Positions 19,531 to 30,265 are shown, counted from the stretch's first letter. The stretch: DNA of 64,000 bases from Nitrosotalea sp. (GCA_036278495.1 DASUKX010000013.1:3955-67954); one strand, 5' to 3'. Numbers and translations are program-made. The notes: generated by a model not told the origin, from the sequence alone.

Positions 19531-20889
19531 TTAACTTGGCTCTGGATGTATTGTAACCAGGGCATTTTTTATCTGATTTTTTATTTTGTCTTCAATATCA
19601 GAAACAATATCGTGAACTTCTTCTATGGTGAGATCCTTTTCAAATGAACAGTCAATGTCTACCTTGAATATATCCTGCAGATGCAATGTTATCACTCTGC
19701 CAATTTTTTTCACCTTTGGATATTTCTTTATAATATTTGTGACCTGCTCCTCTATTGTTATGTCTTCTACTGGGGTGCTCTTTGGAATCGAAACATATGG
19801 TTCAAGATGAATTGTAATGTGATTTACATCTGCAATAGATTTTTTTATCTGTGATTCTATTTCATCTGATACTTGATGTGCATCTTCAAGTGACATGTTT
19901 CGGTCAACCATCACATGCAAGCTTATGAAAACACCATTCTCTGAAGAAAATGAGCTCACATTGTGGATCTCTTTTACTCCTTGTACCGAAGTTGCAACTT
20001 TGTTTATGATGTAATCCGCAGGTACATCCTTCCAAGTTGGTTCAAAGTGTACTGTTACATTGGAATTTGCAATGGCATTTTTGATGTTTCTTTCTACATT
20101 TGCACTAATTTTGTGAGCTTCTTCAAAACTTGATGCAGCACTCAATGATATTGTAATTTCTGTAAAAATATCGCTGCCTGATCTGCGTATCTGAACAGAT
20201 TCTGTCTTCATTACTCCATCAGTGTTGCTTACAATGTCTTGAACTCGTTTGACCATGTTTGCAGGAATTGCATCAGTTAATTCAAGACCGCTCTTGTGGA
20301 TTAGCTTCAAGCTCAGTGCAGCAAGCAAACCTCCAAGGATTAGTGCTGCGATATTGTCACCCTGGTAAAAGCCCATTATGACAAATACAATTCCTATCAA
20401 GGCAACTGATGTTGCACCCATGTCCATGAGAGCATGATACAGGTCTACTCGAAGTGTAGAGCCGTCTGTTTTCTCAAGGGCTCTTCTCAGGATTGCTATT
20501 CTAAAGAAGATGGACCCCAAAGTATACACTGCCGCTATTATGGCTAAAATTCCTGGCAAAACTAGGGGTTTTGGCTCTTGGAATCTTGATACTGATTCAT
20601 AAACAAAAAACAATGAAATTACAAGAATTATGATTCCTGCAACAAAACTGCCCATTGTCTCAATTTTTCCATGGCCATAGGTGTGTTCCCTGTCCGGTGG
20701 TTTTGTCGACCATTTTGCTGCAACAAGCAAGACTACAGTTACAATAGAATCCAATATTGCATGAATGCTGTCTGTAACAAGTGCAAGACTGTTCGAAGAA
20801 ATTCCAATCAAAAATTCTACTGCAAATGCAGAAAGTATTACTGCAAGTGAAATTTTTAATGCATTTGTCTTGATGTCTTGTAAGCTCAA
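19531..20889 (-). CDS. Cation diffusion facilitator with three C-terminal dimerisation domains
   Basis: DSIHAILD, HTYGHGKIE, three 'AH..S..IE...TIHxEP' repeats. Confidence 0.9.
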   Translation of the reverse strand: MSLQDIKTNALKISLAVILSAFAVEFLIGISSNSLALVTDSIHAILDSIVTVVLLVAAKWSTKPPDREHTYGHGKIETMGSFVAGIIILVISLFFVYESVSRFQEPKPLVLPGILAIIAAVYTLGSIFFRIAILRRALEKTDGSTLRVDLYHALMDMGATSVALIGIVFVIMGFYQGDNIAALILGGLLAALSLKLIHKSGLELTDAIPANMVKRVQDIVSNTDGVMKTESVQIRRSGSDIFTEITISLSAASSFEEAHKISANVERNIKNAIANSNVTVHFEPTWKDVPADYIINKVATSVQGVKEIHNVSSFSSENGVFISLHVMVDRNMSLEDAHQVSDEIESQIKKSIADVNHITIHLEPYVSIPKSTPVEDITIEEQVTNIIKKYPKVKKIGRVITLHLQDIFKVDIDCSFEKDLTIEEVHDIVSDIEDKIKNQIKNALVTIHPEPS

Positions 20890-21653
20890 CTCTTGTCCAA
20901 CCCCAACATCTTTAGGATGTCATCAAAGTTTTCCCTTGACTGATCATGCTTGTATTTTTTGAGAGGACCTATCATTTTTTTCTTGCTTGGTATTTTTATG
21001 ATATTTTTGACAATACTTGAAAGAGCAGAGCCTATGAATATTGATTGGGTTGCAGACGTGACATTCGAAGTTCTTCTATTTGTGCTGGCACTTTCAAAAT
21101 CAATTATGCATGGAGATTTTCCTACAAGCACATGCTTGTGGATGTAGCTCAGCTCGCCATGATCAAGATGAATCGTATCAAGTCTGTGACAATCTTCCAA
21201 CACCTGTCTTACAACAGACTTGAGTTTTGCAGCACTTCCTCTGCCCTTTAGATCTCTTACCCAGTCAGTTATTTTTTTGCCCTCGACATATTCCATTATC
21301 AAAAAATTCTTGCTGCTGTTTACAAGCTTTGGACCAACACCTGCATTATTTGCAATTTTTAGAAGTTTTGCCTCACTTTTCATCTCTTGTCTACTTGAAT
21401 CTATCCTGCGAATCTTAAGAGCTACATCTTTTTTGCCAAGTCGCGACAGTACCACAACTCCCACATAGCCTTTTCCAAGTACATGGATGTTGTTCAGGAT
21501 TGTCTCCCCCTGGAATGAGACACCTGTAATTCCAAGTTTTTTCATCTCGGCGTGTCTTTTTACAAGTTCGCCTTTTGTTGCCTTGGGATATCCTAGTATG
21601 AGAGAATATGGTTCTTTGACAAGCTTACTTGCTGGAACCAAAGATGAGTTCAT
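20886..21653 (-). CDS. Atypical Ser/Thr protein kinase (RIO/Bud32-like fold)
   Basis: LGKGYVGVV, VALK, DHGELS, IIDFESAS. Confidence 0.88.
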   Translation of the reverse strand: MNSSLVPASKLVKEPYSLILGYPKATKGELVKRHAEMKKLGITGVSFQGETILNNIHVLGKGYVGVVVLSRLGKKDVALKIRRIDSSRQEMKSEAKLLKIANNAGVGPKLVNSSKNFLIMEYVEGKKITDWVRDLKGRGSAAKLKSVVRQVLEDCHRLDTIHLDHGELSYIHKHVLVGKSPCIIDFESASTNRRTSNVTSATQSIFIGSALSSIVKNIIKIPSKKKMIGPLKKYKHDQSRENFDDILKMLGLDKS

Positions 21654-22959
21654 TGGTAGAGGTTAACTCAGCCAGAGCCTTTTTAATGGATTTGCTTGTC
21701 ACCTGATGTCCCCCAAGCACCCTAAAACTACGCTTCATGTCAGGAATTATTCCACTTGGGATGCCTGCCTTTGACAAATTTTTCTTCAAAAGCGACTGTA
21801 AGAATTTTTTTGCATCATAAAACTCCCTTTGTTGTACCGATAGGATTCTTCCTTCATCGTCTACCCAAGTTAGCTTGTTCTTGGAATTTCGCAAAATAAA
21901 GCTCTCAGACTCTAATTTTCTAAATACGTCCGGACCATTTTTGACCATGGTCTTTTCAATTGTTGTAGAATGCAAAAGAAAAAGCATTGCAGCCTCTGAT
22001 TTTTCATCTACTATGGTACCCTTGCGCAATACATGAAATCCGCCAAGTTCAAATTGGCCTGACAGTGCAGTTGCTCCTCTTTTTGCCTGGCCCCAAATTA
22101 TGTCCGGACTACGATGTTTGTAACTGAACTTTACCACCAGGACATTTTGCAGATTCTTTACATCTGTTACTGGATTTTTTCCATTGAAAAATACCAATGA
22201 TGGTTTTTTCAGGTATGCTCTTGCCGCAAGTATGAACTTGCCAAAATTTTGTGCAGAGATTGCAGTGCCAAGGTTTCTGTTGCTGTCTACAGGATCTATT
22301 AACACAAATACAGTCTCAAATTTTTTCGTGGGACTGCCAATCACTTGTCCCTGGACAAAGTTTGCCGCAGCCTCTAAAACTTTCATAAAACTACCATAAT
22401 GGTAAATCAAAACTTCAGAAACATATCCCCCAAATCCCTCCTTTGCTATCTCTGCACCATAAATGTCAACTCCCCTTAGAAACTTTTTGAGCAATCGTAC
22501 CTCGTTCTTTTTTTGCTCATCTAGTTGTTCCAGTATGAATCTAGTATGAAATGATGACCTGTCTGCTGCACTCTTCCACTGTCCAATTTCTACATCATAG
22601 CAAGGAACGACATTTACTTTGGTGCCTTCAACTACTGCCTCAACATATGGATGCTCAGAGTACCTTACATACGGACCAAACTTTTTCATCGATACCTTGC
22701 CAATCTTGTTGCCAATTTCTTCAAATCGCTTTTCATCTGTCTCTTTTTTGATCTTGACAAAAATGTCCAAGTCTAACTTGCCCTTGAGCCAAGTTCCTTT
22801 TGCAAAAGATCCGCCAATCTCTATAGATACAACCTCTTGATAATTTACAGCCTCTTTTTTTACCAAGCCAAGCAACTTTTCTGCAAGTGCCCCTATCTTT
22901 TCCTGTTCCTGTTTTTCAGGAATTGCTATCTTTCTTGCCTGTTCCAAAACGTTACTCAT
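21625..22959 (-). CDS. cca: Class I CCA-adding enzyme
   Basis: GSFAKGTWL..DLDIF, YSEHPY, SAADRS.FH, DPVD..RN. Confidence 0.96.
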   Translation of the reverse strand: MSNVLEQARKIAIPEKQEQEKIGALAEKLLGLVKKEAVNYQEVVSIEIGGSFAKGTWLKGKLDLDIFVKIKKETDEKRFEEIGNKIGKVSMKKFGPYVRYSEHPYVEAVVEGTKVNVVPCYDVEIGQWKSAADRSSFHTRFILEQLDEQKKNEVRLLKKFLRGVDIYGAEIAKEGFGGYVSEVLIYHYGSFMKVLEAAANFVQGQVIGSPTKKFETVFVLIDPVDSNRNLGTAISAQNFGKFILAARAYLKKPSLVFFNGKNPVTDVKNLQNVLVVKFSYKHRSPDIIWGQAKRGATALSGQFELGGFHVLRKGTIVDEKSEAAMLFLLHSTTIEKTMVKNGPDVFRKLESESFILRNSKNKLTWVDDEGRILSVQQREFYDAKKFLQSLLKKNLSKAGIPSGIIPDMKRSFRVLGGHQVTSKSIKKALAELTSTNELIFGSSK

Positions 22960-23495
22960 TGAGCTAAAACCACCTGTAAATCAGAGTATATCGGTCCATT
23001 AGGAGTTAAGATGCTTTGCTTGAACTTTAACTCTGTCATGGTATACTTGTCAAGATCAATTTTCTTGAATTTTTCTATCGTATGTGAAATATCATCTGTC
23101 CTGTTTTTGATTCTAAATATTGTAAGGTGTGCCTTGAAAGGCTTGTCTGACTTGAATCCAAGCGGTTCAAGTTTTTTTTCTACCTGTGATGCAAGCTCTA
23201 CTAGTTGTCTTGATGATGTTTCATCTACTCCAATCCATATCACTCGGGGGGATCTTGGATTTGGAAATGCACCAACATGTGTAAACTTGACCTCAATTGG
23301 CTTGAATGAAACAGTAGACAAGGCTTGTTTCACGCTTGATGCAACATCCTCTGGTATCTCTCCCAAAAACAACAATGTAAAGTGCATATTTTTTTTGTTG
23401 ACAGCAGTTGCCTTTATCTTAAATTCAGATTGAACCTTGGCAATTGCATCCAGTATTTTATCATCTGAAATCTCTACTGCAACAAAGGTGCGCAT
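22956..23495 (-). CDS. thpR: RNA 2',3'-cyclic phosphodiesterase (2H family)
   Basis: MRTFVAV start; two HxT motifs (HFTL, HLTI). Confidence 0.93.
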   Translation of the reverse strand: MRTFVAVEISDDKILDAIAKVQSEFKIKATAVNKKNMHFTLLFLGEIPEDVASSVKQALSTVSFKPIEVKFTHVGAFPNPRSPRVIWIGVDETSSRQLVELASQVEKKLEPLGFKSDKPFKAHLTIFRIKNRTDDISHTIEKFKKIDLDKYTMTELKFKQSILTPNGPIYSDLQVVLAQ

Positions 23496-23553
23496 TAGTA
23501 AAATTCGGATTATGGCATCTATAATGATTTCCGGTAGCTTCATAGACTAGGGG

Positions 23554-24114
23554 ATGAAATTTGTGAGTGTGAAACTAATCATATGTCTTACGGGAATGCC
23601 TGGTGCAGGAAAGACCACAATAGCTGAGGGCCTAAAATCAAAAGGGTTTGACAAAATTACAATGGGTGATGCAGTGAGGGCAGAGGCAACAAAAAGAAAG
23701 ATAGATCCAACAGGGGCAAATCTTGGACAACTCATGATTGAGCTTCGAGAAAAAAATGGTCCAGGTGCAGTTGCTGAGCTCATAAAAGATGGCATCCAAA
23801 ATTCCAAGTCTGATGTTGTACTTGTAGATGGCGTACGATCACTTGCCGAAGTTAATGTATTAAAAAAAATTGGCACAGTCAAAGTTCTTGCAATTCATGC
23901 ATCTGGTGATATAAGATACAAATTTCTAACAGAGCGCGGCAGATCTGATGCCCCCTCTGATCGTGAAGATTTTACAAAAAGAGATTCAAGGGAGATTGGA
24001 GTTGGCATGAGCGAATCAATTGCACTTGCAGACGAAACAATCTCAAACAACAACATGACAATAGAAGAACTGGTTGGCACTGCATACAACGTCATAAAAG
24101 GCTGGATGACTTGA
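23554..24114 (+). CDS. P-loop nucleotide kinase (dephospho-CoA-kinase-like, UPF0200-type)
   Basis: TGMPGAGKTT, MGDAVR, VDGVRS, RGRSD. Confidence 0.85.
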   Translation: MKFVSVKLIICLTGMPGAGKTTIAEGLKSKGFDKITMGDAVRAEATKRKIDPTGANLGQLMIELREKNGPGAVAELIKDGIQNSKSDVVLVDGVRSLAEVNVLKKIGTVKVLAIHASGDIRYKFLTERGRSDAPSDREDFTKRDSREIGVGMSESIALADETISNNNMTIEELVGTAYNVIKGWMT

Positions 24115-24515
24115 AGACTCCAAAAGTTGCCTGCAAAATTGAAGCCTATGCTGCAGTAAACCCATCTGAAGATCCAGACAAGGTAAGGCTTGCAGTATCC
24201 AAAGTCATACTTGAAACAGATTACCAGTACAAGGAAGGCAGCATCAAGGCAATATCGCATGAACTAGAATCAATCTCCAAGATCCAGGAAACAATTGCAA
24301 AGCATCGAAGCAGCAGGGTTTACCGGAGGCAGATGCGATACAACACCAAGGGAGACACCACCTGGTTTTACCTCAACAAGCAGGCAGCATTTGTTGATGT
24401 CATTGCAGTATGCGAGGAGGCAGAAGAGTCTGCCATGGGCCCAATCAAGGTGATACTTCATTCCAAGGATCTTGACAAAGTAATAGACTGGCTTGCCCCC
24501 GAGTCAACAGAATAG
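24111..24515 (+). CDS. DUF54/UPF0201 putative RNA-binding protein
   Basis: PSEDPDKV..A, LNKQAAF, GPI motifs. Confidence 0.85.
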   Translation: MKTPKVACKIEAYAAVNPSEDPDKVRLAVSKVILETDYQYKEGSIKAISHELESISKIQETIAKHRSSRVYRRQMRYNTKGDTTWFYLNKQAAFVDVIAVCEEAEESAMGPIKVILHSKDLDKVIDWLAPESTE

Positions 24516-24591
24516 ATGATAAATTTTATCACACTTGCTCAACTAGTGTGCATTTGCACTTTTTTATGAAGACCTCAAGACATGTAATTAC

Positions 24592-25452
24592 TTGATAGGA
24601 AAATTAATCATAATTGGAATTATTATAGCCACATTAGTCATACTGGTTCCAAATTCATCAAAATTATTCCAGAATGTTCCATCACTTGATACAGTAAAAG
24701 ACAAAATTGACCAGGCAACAAGTGACAAAGGAGTCATCAATGCTTCCAAGTCTGTCATCAAGGAAATAAGCATGGGAGGAAAACTAGATGCAAATTCAAA
24801 TCAAACAAATATTGTTTCAAGCAACGCTCCAACTTCTGTTTACCAACTTGCACCACAATATGTAACACAACAAAACTTTACTGGACAAGTTTTTGAAAAA
24901 TCTGGTAACACATGTCAGATCTCTGTTCCAGATTTGGCCCAGACAATAAATGGAAAAAAGCAACTGACCGGAATAGTTCAACTTGATCAATGTCCAGAAA
25001 AAGTAGGCGATCCAGTCCAAGTGGTTCAACTAACAGCAAAACCAAACTCTCCACCAGTCAACGTCACAAGCGGTCTTGTCATCTCTCCTTATTCTAGTGA
25101 TGGTACAACATCAAACACTGAACCAAACACACAGGCCCTTCCAACTTTGCCATCTTATTACAATACAGTCCAGCTGACTACGACAAACCAAGGAAATAAC
25201 GCCATGCTAAATTTTGATGACTCGTCTGGCCAGACAAAGTCAGTTACAGTTACAATGAAAAACAGCGACACGGTATTATTCACTGGAACGTTTTACTCTT
25301 CCAAGTTTACAGCTGAAGTAAAGGATGTTCCAAACACCCCGCATATCATAGAAATGACAATAGACAATACAGTTTATGGAATATTGCATGCATCTGCATA
25401 TGCCCCATCTAACATGCAAAACTCTACCATAACCGGAATATTGTCAAAATAA
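24592..25452 (+). CDS. Secreted/membrane-anchored hypothetical protein, Ser/Thr/Asn-rich
   Basis: N-terminal hydrophobic segment, beta-rich composition, one Cys pair. Confidence 0.75.
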   Translation: MIGKLIIIGIIIATLVILVPNSSKLFQNVPSLDTVKDKIDQATSDKGVINASKSVIKEISMGGKLDANSNQTNIVSSNAPTSVYQLAPQYVTQQNFTGQVFEKSGNTCQISVPDLAQTINGKKQLTGIVQLDQCPEKVGDPVQVVQLTAKPNSPPVNVTSGLVISPYSSDGTTSNTEPNTQALPTLPSYYNTVQLTTTNQGNNAMLNFDDSSGQTKSVTVTMKNSDTVLFTGTFYSSKFTAEVKDVPNTPHIIEMTIDNTVYGILHASAYAPSNMQNSTITGILSK

Positions 25453-25500
25453 GACCTGCACACATTTGATTTAGAATTTTATAAAAACATGAAAGGGTGT

Positions 25501-25626
25501 AATGGCGTGACCCTGTATAGGCAAAAGCATTCTCTTGCCATTCGTACAAACACATTGTACTTGACTATGTACCGTTTTTCGCAGGGTCACGCAAATTCAT
25601 TTGTCATAATTTGCATCTTTCCGCAT
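25501..25626 (-). ncRNA. Candidate structured RNA with leaderless 9-codon ORF (element A)
   Basis: ORF MRKDANYDK* 25626-25597; 11-bp stem GCGTGACCCTG/CAGGGTCACGC (25592-25505) enclosing two hairpins; TTAAATA 22 nt upstream of ATG; paralogous to 33979-34104. Confidence 0.7.
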
Positions 25627-25771
25627 TGTTTCTTATACGATCTCATCTTATTTAATAATTAGTATGATTTATTGCATAAAATAATTTTAATTTGTATAAA
25701 TTATTGTTATTGTACTTATAAAATTTAGATTTTGTCTCACACTTTATGGAATTATCTGAAAAAACAACCAA

Positions 25772-26497
25772 CTAGGCATGCGATGATACCAAATCAACAA
25801 GTCCTGGAAGGGATTTTGCAGCACTTGTCCTCAAGGTCAGGTCCATTTCTTGTGACATGTGGGTCTGTTCCACATTTACCTCAACCAAAATGGCTCCATT
25901 TTGCTTGGCATATACAGGCAACAAATTTGCAGGAGATACTGCAAGCGAGGTTCCAACAACTATCATGACATCGCATGAACTTGCCTGTACCATTGCAGCC
26001 TCCCACACATCCTGTGGAAGAGCTTCTCCAAACCATACAACATCAGGTCGCAGTATGTTGCCACATTTGCAAAGAGGAGGAAGCTGCAAAAATCCAGATG
26101 TTATTTTATTTTTAAAATCACAAACAGTACACTTGATTGTAATTATGCTTCCATGCAATTCGTATACATTAGAGCTTCCGGCTCTCTGGTGAAGACCGTC
26201 AATGTTTTGTGTAAGAACTGAAACTGTCTTGTATTTTTCAAGCTCTGCAATGGATAAATGCCCAGGATTTGGACTAGCATTAAAAATATTTTGCCTTCTT
26301 TCCTCATACCATTCCCATACAAGTTTTGGATCTTCATAGAATGCATCTATTGTTGCCAATTTCATCGGATCATATTTTCTCCACAATCCATCTTTTCCGC
26401 GAAACGTTGGAATCCCACTCTCCTGGGAAATTCCAGCCCCTGTCACAAAAACAATCTTTTCTGAATTTTTCAAATCATCAGATATGGTATCCCACAT
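25772..26497 (-). CDS. cobB: Sir2-family NAD-dependent deacylase
   Basis: GAGISQESGIPTFRG, TQNIDGLH, ELHGS, RPDVVWFGE. Confidence 0.96.
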   Translation of the reverse strand: MWDTISDDLKNSEKIVFVTGAGISQESGIPTFRGKDGLWRKYDPMKLATIDAFYEDPKLVWEWYEERRQNIFNASPNPGHLSIAELEKYKTVSVLTQNIDGLHQRAGSSNVYELHGSIITIKCTVCDFKNKITSGFLQLPPLCKCGNILRPDVVWFGEALPQDVWEAAMVQASSCDVMIVVGTSLAVSPANLLPVYAKQNGAILVEVNVEQTHMSQEMDLTLRTSAAKSLPGLVDLVSSHA

Positions 26498-26501
26498 TTT
26501 T

Positions 26502-27401
26502 TCACTTGATCTCTATCTCTAAAAGATCCCTTGCAGCAGTGACGGAATCATGAACTGTCTTTGCTTCATTTACAAGCTCGTCTGTCTCTTCATATCTTGC
26601 AGAAAAGTGTGTCAAGATTAAATTCAAGACGCCTGCCTTTTTGGCAAGCTCTGCAGCTTCTTTTGCAGTGGAATGAAAATTCTCCTTTGCCTTGTCCCGT
26701 AATACATCAGAATATGTAGAATCAAATGTCATGTAATCGCATCCACTGAAAAACGCCTCAAGTTTTCCAGTAGGCCTTGTGTCCCCTGATATGCCAACCT
26801 TGATGCCTCTGCGTTTTTCTCCCATCACATCAGACGGCTTGACAACCTTACCGTTTACTATAATCTCCTTGTTACTTTGAAGCTCACTCCAGAGTTTTCC
26901 CTCTGGGATTCCGAGGGCTTTGGCTTTTTCTGGGTAAAACCTGCCTGGCCTGTCTTTTTCAGTAAAACGATACGAATAGGCTGGAATGGAATGCTCTGCC
27001 TCGCATACATGCACGTTGTATCCAGAATCGTCAAGGACCAGTCCCTCCTTTATTCTTGTTATCCTTACAGGAAACGTTAATCCAAAATTTAGTATCTTCA
27101 AGTTTGCCGCAATAAATTCCTCAATCCCTGTTGGGCCATAGATGTCAACTGATTCTGTCCTGTTCTGTAATGACATGGTCTGCAACAACCCTAGTATTCC
27201 TACACAATGGTCCCCATGCAAATGGGTCACAAAGATCTTGATCTTTTTGTTCCATCCAAGCTTTGCCTTTTGGAATGCAATCTGTGCGCCCTCTCCTGCA
27301 TCAAACATCAAAATTTCCCTGTCCAATACAAGACAGATGCATGTCATACCACGCTCTGCAGTTGGCTGCGCCGCAGATGTTCCCAAAAATACTAGTTTCA
27401 T
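26502..27401 (-). CDS. rnz: Ribonuclease Z
   Basis: [30 protein letters not shown]. Confidence 0.96.
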   Translation of the reverse strand: MKLVFLGTSAAQPTAERGMTCICLVLDREILMFDAGEGAQIAFQKAKLGWNKKIKIFVTHLHGDHCVGILGLLQTMSLQNRTESVDIYGPTGIEEFIAANLKILNFGLTFPVRITRIKEGLVLDDSGYNVHVCEAEHSIPAYSYRFTEKDRPGRFYPEKAKALGIPEGKLWSELQSNKEIIVNGKVVKPSDVMGEKRRGIKVGISGDTRPTGKLEAFFSGCDYMTFDSTYSDVLRDKAKENFHSTAKEAAELAKKAGVLNLILTHFSARYEETDELVNEAKTVHDSVTAARDLLEIEIK

Positions 27402-28324
27402 GATATCGCAATCACCCTTGTCAAGCTCTTGTGTCTGTAAATCTCGTATTTCTTTGCTTTGCTCATTTCATCCACTTCAAGACCTTTCTTGTATACCATT
27501 ACAAGTTTTTTTCTTTTTGGTACAATAGATACAAAGTCTCGGACTAGATTCTTTGGCAAGACAGATGACCTTGATGATATGCCATATGGCAAGTCAGTGA
27601 CAATTGCATCTGATTTTATGTTACACATCTCTTCAAAACCGGAATTTATCACCCTGGAATAAAACCCATTTGCATCAAGATTCTTTTTTGTTATTTTACA
27701 CATCATACCATCAAAATCAATTCCAACAGACTTGATTCCCATGGACTCGGCCTCTAGCAAAATCGTTCCAGTGCCACAAAAAGGATCACACAATGTCTTT
27801 CCCTCCTTTAACCCTGACAGGTTCACAAGACACCTGCTAAGCTTCATGTCAAGCTCATGCGGGTGTTTGATTATCTTTATTGGAAGTTTTGGCCTAACTT
27901 GGCGGTCTGAATATCCAAGATATTTTTTCGAATCTGTAATGATGAGGTATACAGTAACCTGCGGGTCTGCAAGTGAAACCTTTGAACCCCATTTTCTTGA
28001 GAGTATCCCGCCGGCTTGTCTTTCAAGTGCAGACGAGCCAATATTTTTTGATGACAGGTTTATCGTTCTGCAAACAAATGACGCAGGTTTTGGTATGGAA
28101 AAATCAATTTTTGTTATATCATCAAATGTTGTTACAATCTTTCCCGAGTATCTTGCAAATGTTGCCCTGTTTGCAATTTTGTACCATGGAATTTTGGATG
28201 ACACCATGACAAGTCTTGGCTCTGATGATATGGTACACCTGGAATCATAACTTTTTGATATTGAAATTATCTCGTCTCTTGCAAGGTCTTCGTATTGGCT
28301 TTGCAATACAAAAAAGCTTGACAT
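27398..28324 (-). CDS. THUMP-containing tRNA m2G10 methyltransferase-like (Trm11/TrmG10)
   Basis: [16 protein letters not shown]; THUMP-like N-terminal half. Confidence 0.85.
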   Translation of the reverse strand: MSSFFVLQSQYEDLARDEIISISKSYDSRCTISSEPRLVMVSSKIPWYKIANRATFARYSGKIVTTFDDITKIDFSIPKPASFVCRTINLSSKNIGSSALERQAGGILSRKWGSKVSLADPQVTVYLIITDSKKYLGYSDRQVRPKLPIKIIKHPHELDMKLSRCLVNLSGLKEGKTLCDPFCGTGTILLEAESMGIKSVGIDFDGMMCKITKKNLDANGFYSRVINSGFEEMCNIKSDAIVTDLPYGISSRSSVLPKNLVRDFVSIVPKRKKLVMVYKKGLEVDEMSKAKKYEIYRHKSLTRVIAIS

Positions 28325-29224
28325 TCAGGTTATTGCCTTTGCAATTATTGACGATACATCAACTGCAGATGTCTTGCCAGGAATGGTATTTGCACTGATT
28401 ATTTTTGTAACTCCAGCCTTTAGGATATTTTTTTCTGCATCACCAATCAAGAGTGCGTGTGTACAGCAGGCATAGACCTTGCCGCTTTTTTGTTTCTTTA
28501 AAAATTCTGCAGCTTTTACAATGCTGCCACCCGTGCTTATCATGTCATCAACTAGTATGATATCTCTTCCTTTGACTCCATCTAGCCCCTTTGATTTTAT
28601 CTGGACATTTCCAGTCTTTCTATCTCTCTGTTTTTCTAGTGCAGTATAATCCACGCCTAGAAATTCTGCAAAGTTTCTTGCCCTCTCAACTCCACCCTTG
28701 TCAGGTGATACAACAAGAGGATCTTGTAGAGACATTTTCTTGAAATGCTTTGCAAGCTCTTCTACCGCACTGATATTTTTTACAGGAAATGTAAAGTGTT
28801 CTAATGCAGTAATGCTGTGTATATCAATTACAAATACCTTTGATGCACCAGCAGACTTGAACATCTTGGCAACAAGTTTCATTGTAATTATCTCACCAGG
28901 AAGAAACTGCCTGTCTTGTCTTGCGTATCCCATGTATGGTATTATTATATACACTTGAGAGGAAAATGTCCTAGCTTGCGATGTAATGGATAAACAGCGA
29001 ATCAGGTTTGAGTCAACTGGAGGATAGATTGATTGTACAACAAGTATCTTTCCGCTTGGTTTTCCCTTGAGTGTAATCTTGCTTTCCCCGTCTGGAAATA
29101 CACGCAGATCGCATCCAATAAATTTTGATTTTAATTTAGAGGCAATCTTTTTTGCCAGTTGTTCTGAAGACGGGCCCCCGATAACTGTAAACTCTGTCAT
29201 CAACCAAATCGAGCCGTGGGTCAT
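28325..29224 (-). CDS. prs: Ribose-phosphate pyrophosphokinase (start probably MTEF)
   Basis: FPDGE, PYMGYARQD, VDDMISTGGS. Confidence 0.96.
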   Translation of the reverse strand: MTHGSIWLMTEFTVIGGPSSEQLAKKIASKLKSKFIGCDLRVFPDGESKITLKGKPSGKILVVQSIYPPVDSNLIRCLSITSQARTFSSQVYIIIPYMGYARQDRQFLPGEIITMKLVAKMFKSAGASKVFVIDIHSITALEHFTFPVKNISAVEELAKHFKKMSLQDPLVVSPDKGGVERARNFAEFLGVDYTALEKQRDRKTGNVQIKSKGLDGVKGRDIILVDDMISTGGSIVKAAEFLKKQKSGKVYACCTHALLIGDAEKNILKAGVTKIISANTIPGKTSAVDVSSIIAKAIT

Positions 29225-29305
29225 TCTTAAGTTTTAAGGGATGAAATTTCAAATAATATTAAACTTGAATACATGTTTAAACTGTATATTGTTAGTTGAT
29301 TCTAT

Positions 29306-30223
29306 ATGAGACTAGTCTCATTTCTTCCAAGTGCCACTGAAATATTGTATGAACTAGGGATGGGAGACAATGTATTTGCAGTGACACATGAATGCAATTA
29401 TCCTGCAGATGCTAAAACAAAACCAAAAGTTATTCATTCTTCATTTGATCCACAAAAGATGTCAAGCCAAGAAATTGACAATAAAGTGATAGAACTTGTA
29501 ACTTCAGGAAAAGATATCTACATACTAGATGAACAAGTTCTCAAAAAAGCAAATCCAGACCTTATCATATCTCAAGGAATATGTGAAGTGTGTTCCCCAT
29601 ATACAAGAGAAATAGACAAAGCAGTGTCATTACTTGGAGGCAAACCACAAGTTCTTGTTTTGGATCCCAAAAATCTTGACGATATATTACAAAATATAAC
29701 TGAAGTAGGAAACAGGGTGGAAAAGCAGGAAGAAGCAAAAGACTTTGTCGCAAGATTGCAGAAAAGAATTGATCACATCAAAGACATTCCAAAAATTTCA
29801 CAACCAAAAACATTATGCATAGAATGGCTTGATCCGTTGTTCTCTGCAGGCCATTGGGTTCCACAGATGGTGCAAATTGCAGGAGGTATAAACGGAATAA
29901 GCTCAACTGGGGACAAGTCAAGAAAAATGCAGATTAATGAAATTGTATCATTTGATCCTGATGTTATAGTATTGATGCCATGCGGATTTGACATAAACAG
30001 GACAATTATTGAATATGAAAAATTGCTTGAAAATGACAACTGGAGAAAAATCAAGGCAGTAAATACGGGTCAAGTCTATGCAGTAAATGCAAACGAGTAT
30101 TTTAGCAAGCCCGGCCCAAGAACCGTAACAGGTCTTGAAATTCTAGCCAAGATAATTCATCCAGATACATTTAGAGATCTTCAAGTTCCAAAACAATCCA
30201 TACAAAAAATAGATCCTGAATAG
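29306..30223 (+). CDS. BtuF-like (class III substrate-binding) protein without signal peptide
   Basis: MRLVSFLPSATEILYELG, VTHECNYP, PDLII, PGPR. Confidence 0.85.
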   Translation: MRLVSFLPSATEILYELGMGDNVFAVTHECNYPADAKTKPKVIHSSFDPQKMSSQEIDNKVIELVTSGKDIYILDEQVLKKANPDLIISQGICEVCSPYTREIDKAVSLLGGKPQVLVLDPKNLDDILQNITEVGNRVEKQEEAKDFVARLQKRIDHIKDIPKISQPKTLCIEWLDPLFSAGHWVPQMVQIAGGINGISSTGDKSRKMQINEIVSFDPDVIVLMPCGFDINRTIIEYEKLLENDNWRKIKAVNTGQVYAVNANEYFSKPGPRTVTGLEILAKIIHPDTFRDLQVPKQSIQKIDPE

Positions 30224-30233
30224 TAAATTGGCC

Positions 30234-30265
30234 GCATCCTCAAAGGGTAGCGATAATGAGGATGC
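30234..30265. terminator. GC-rich hairpin downstream of the BtuF-like gene (terminator/stabiliser or small RNA)
   Basis: GCATCCTCA-14 nt-TGAGGATGC perfect 9-bp inverted repeat. Confidence 0.45.

Noticed and set aside
25505-25592. Elements A and B considered as true tRNA genes or MITEs
   Set aside because: No D/T-loop consensus or anticodon arm; no target-site duplications; similarity extends outside the inverted repeat to the ATG and promoter spacing
25597-25599. UGA followed by a stem-loop considered as selenocysteine recoding
   Set aside because: The paralogous copy uses TAA and hits a TAG soon after; archaeal SECIS elements are normally in 3' UTRs; no Sec machinery is seen in the window
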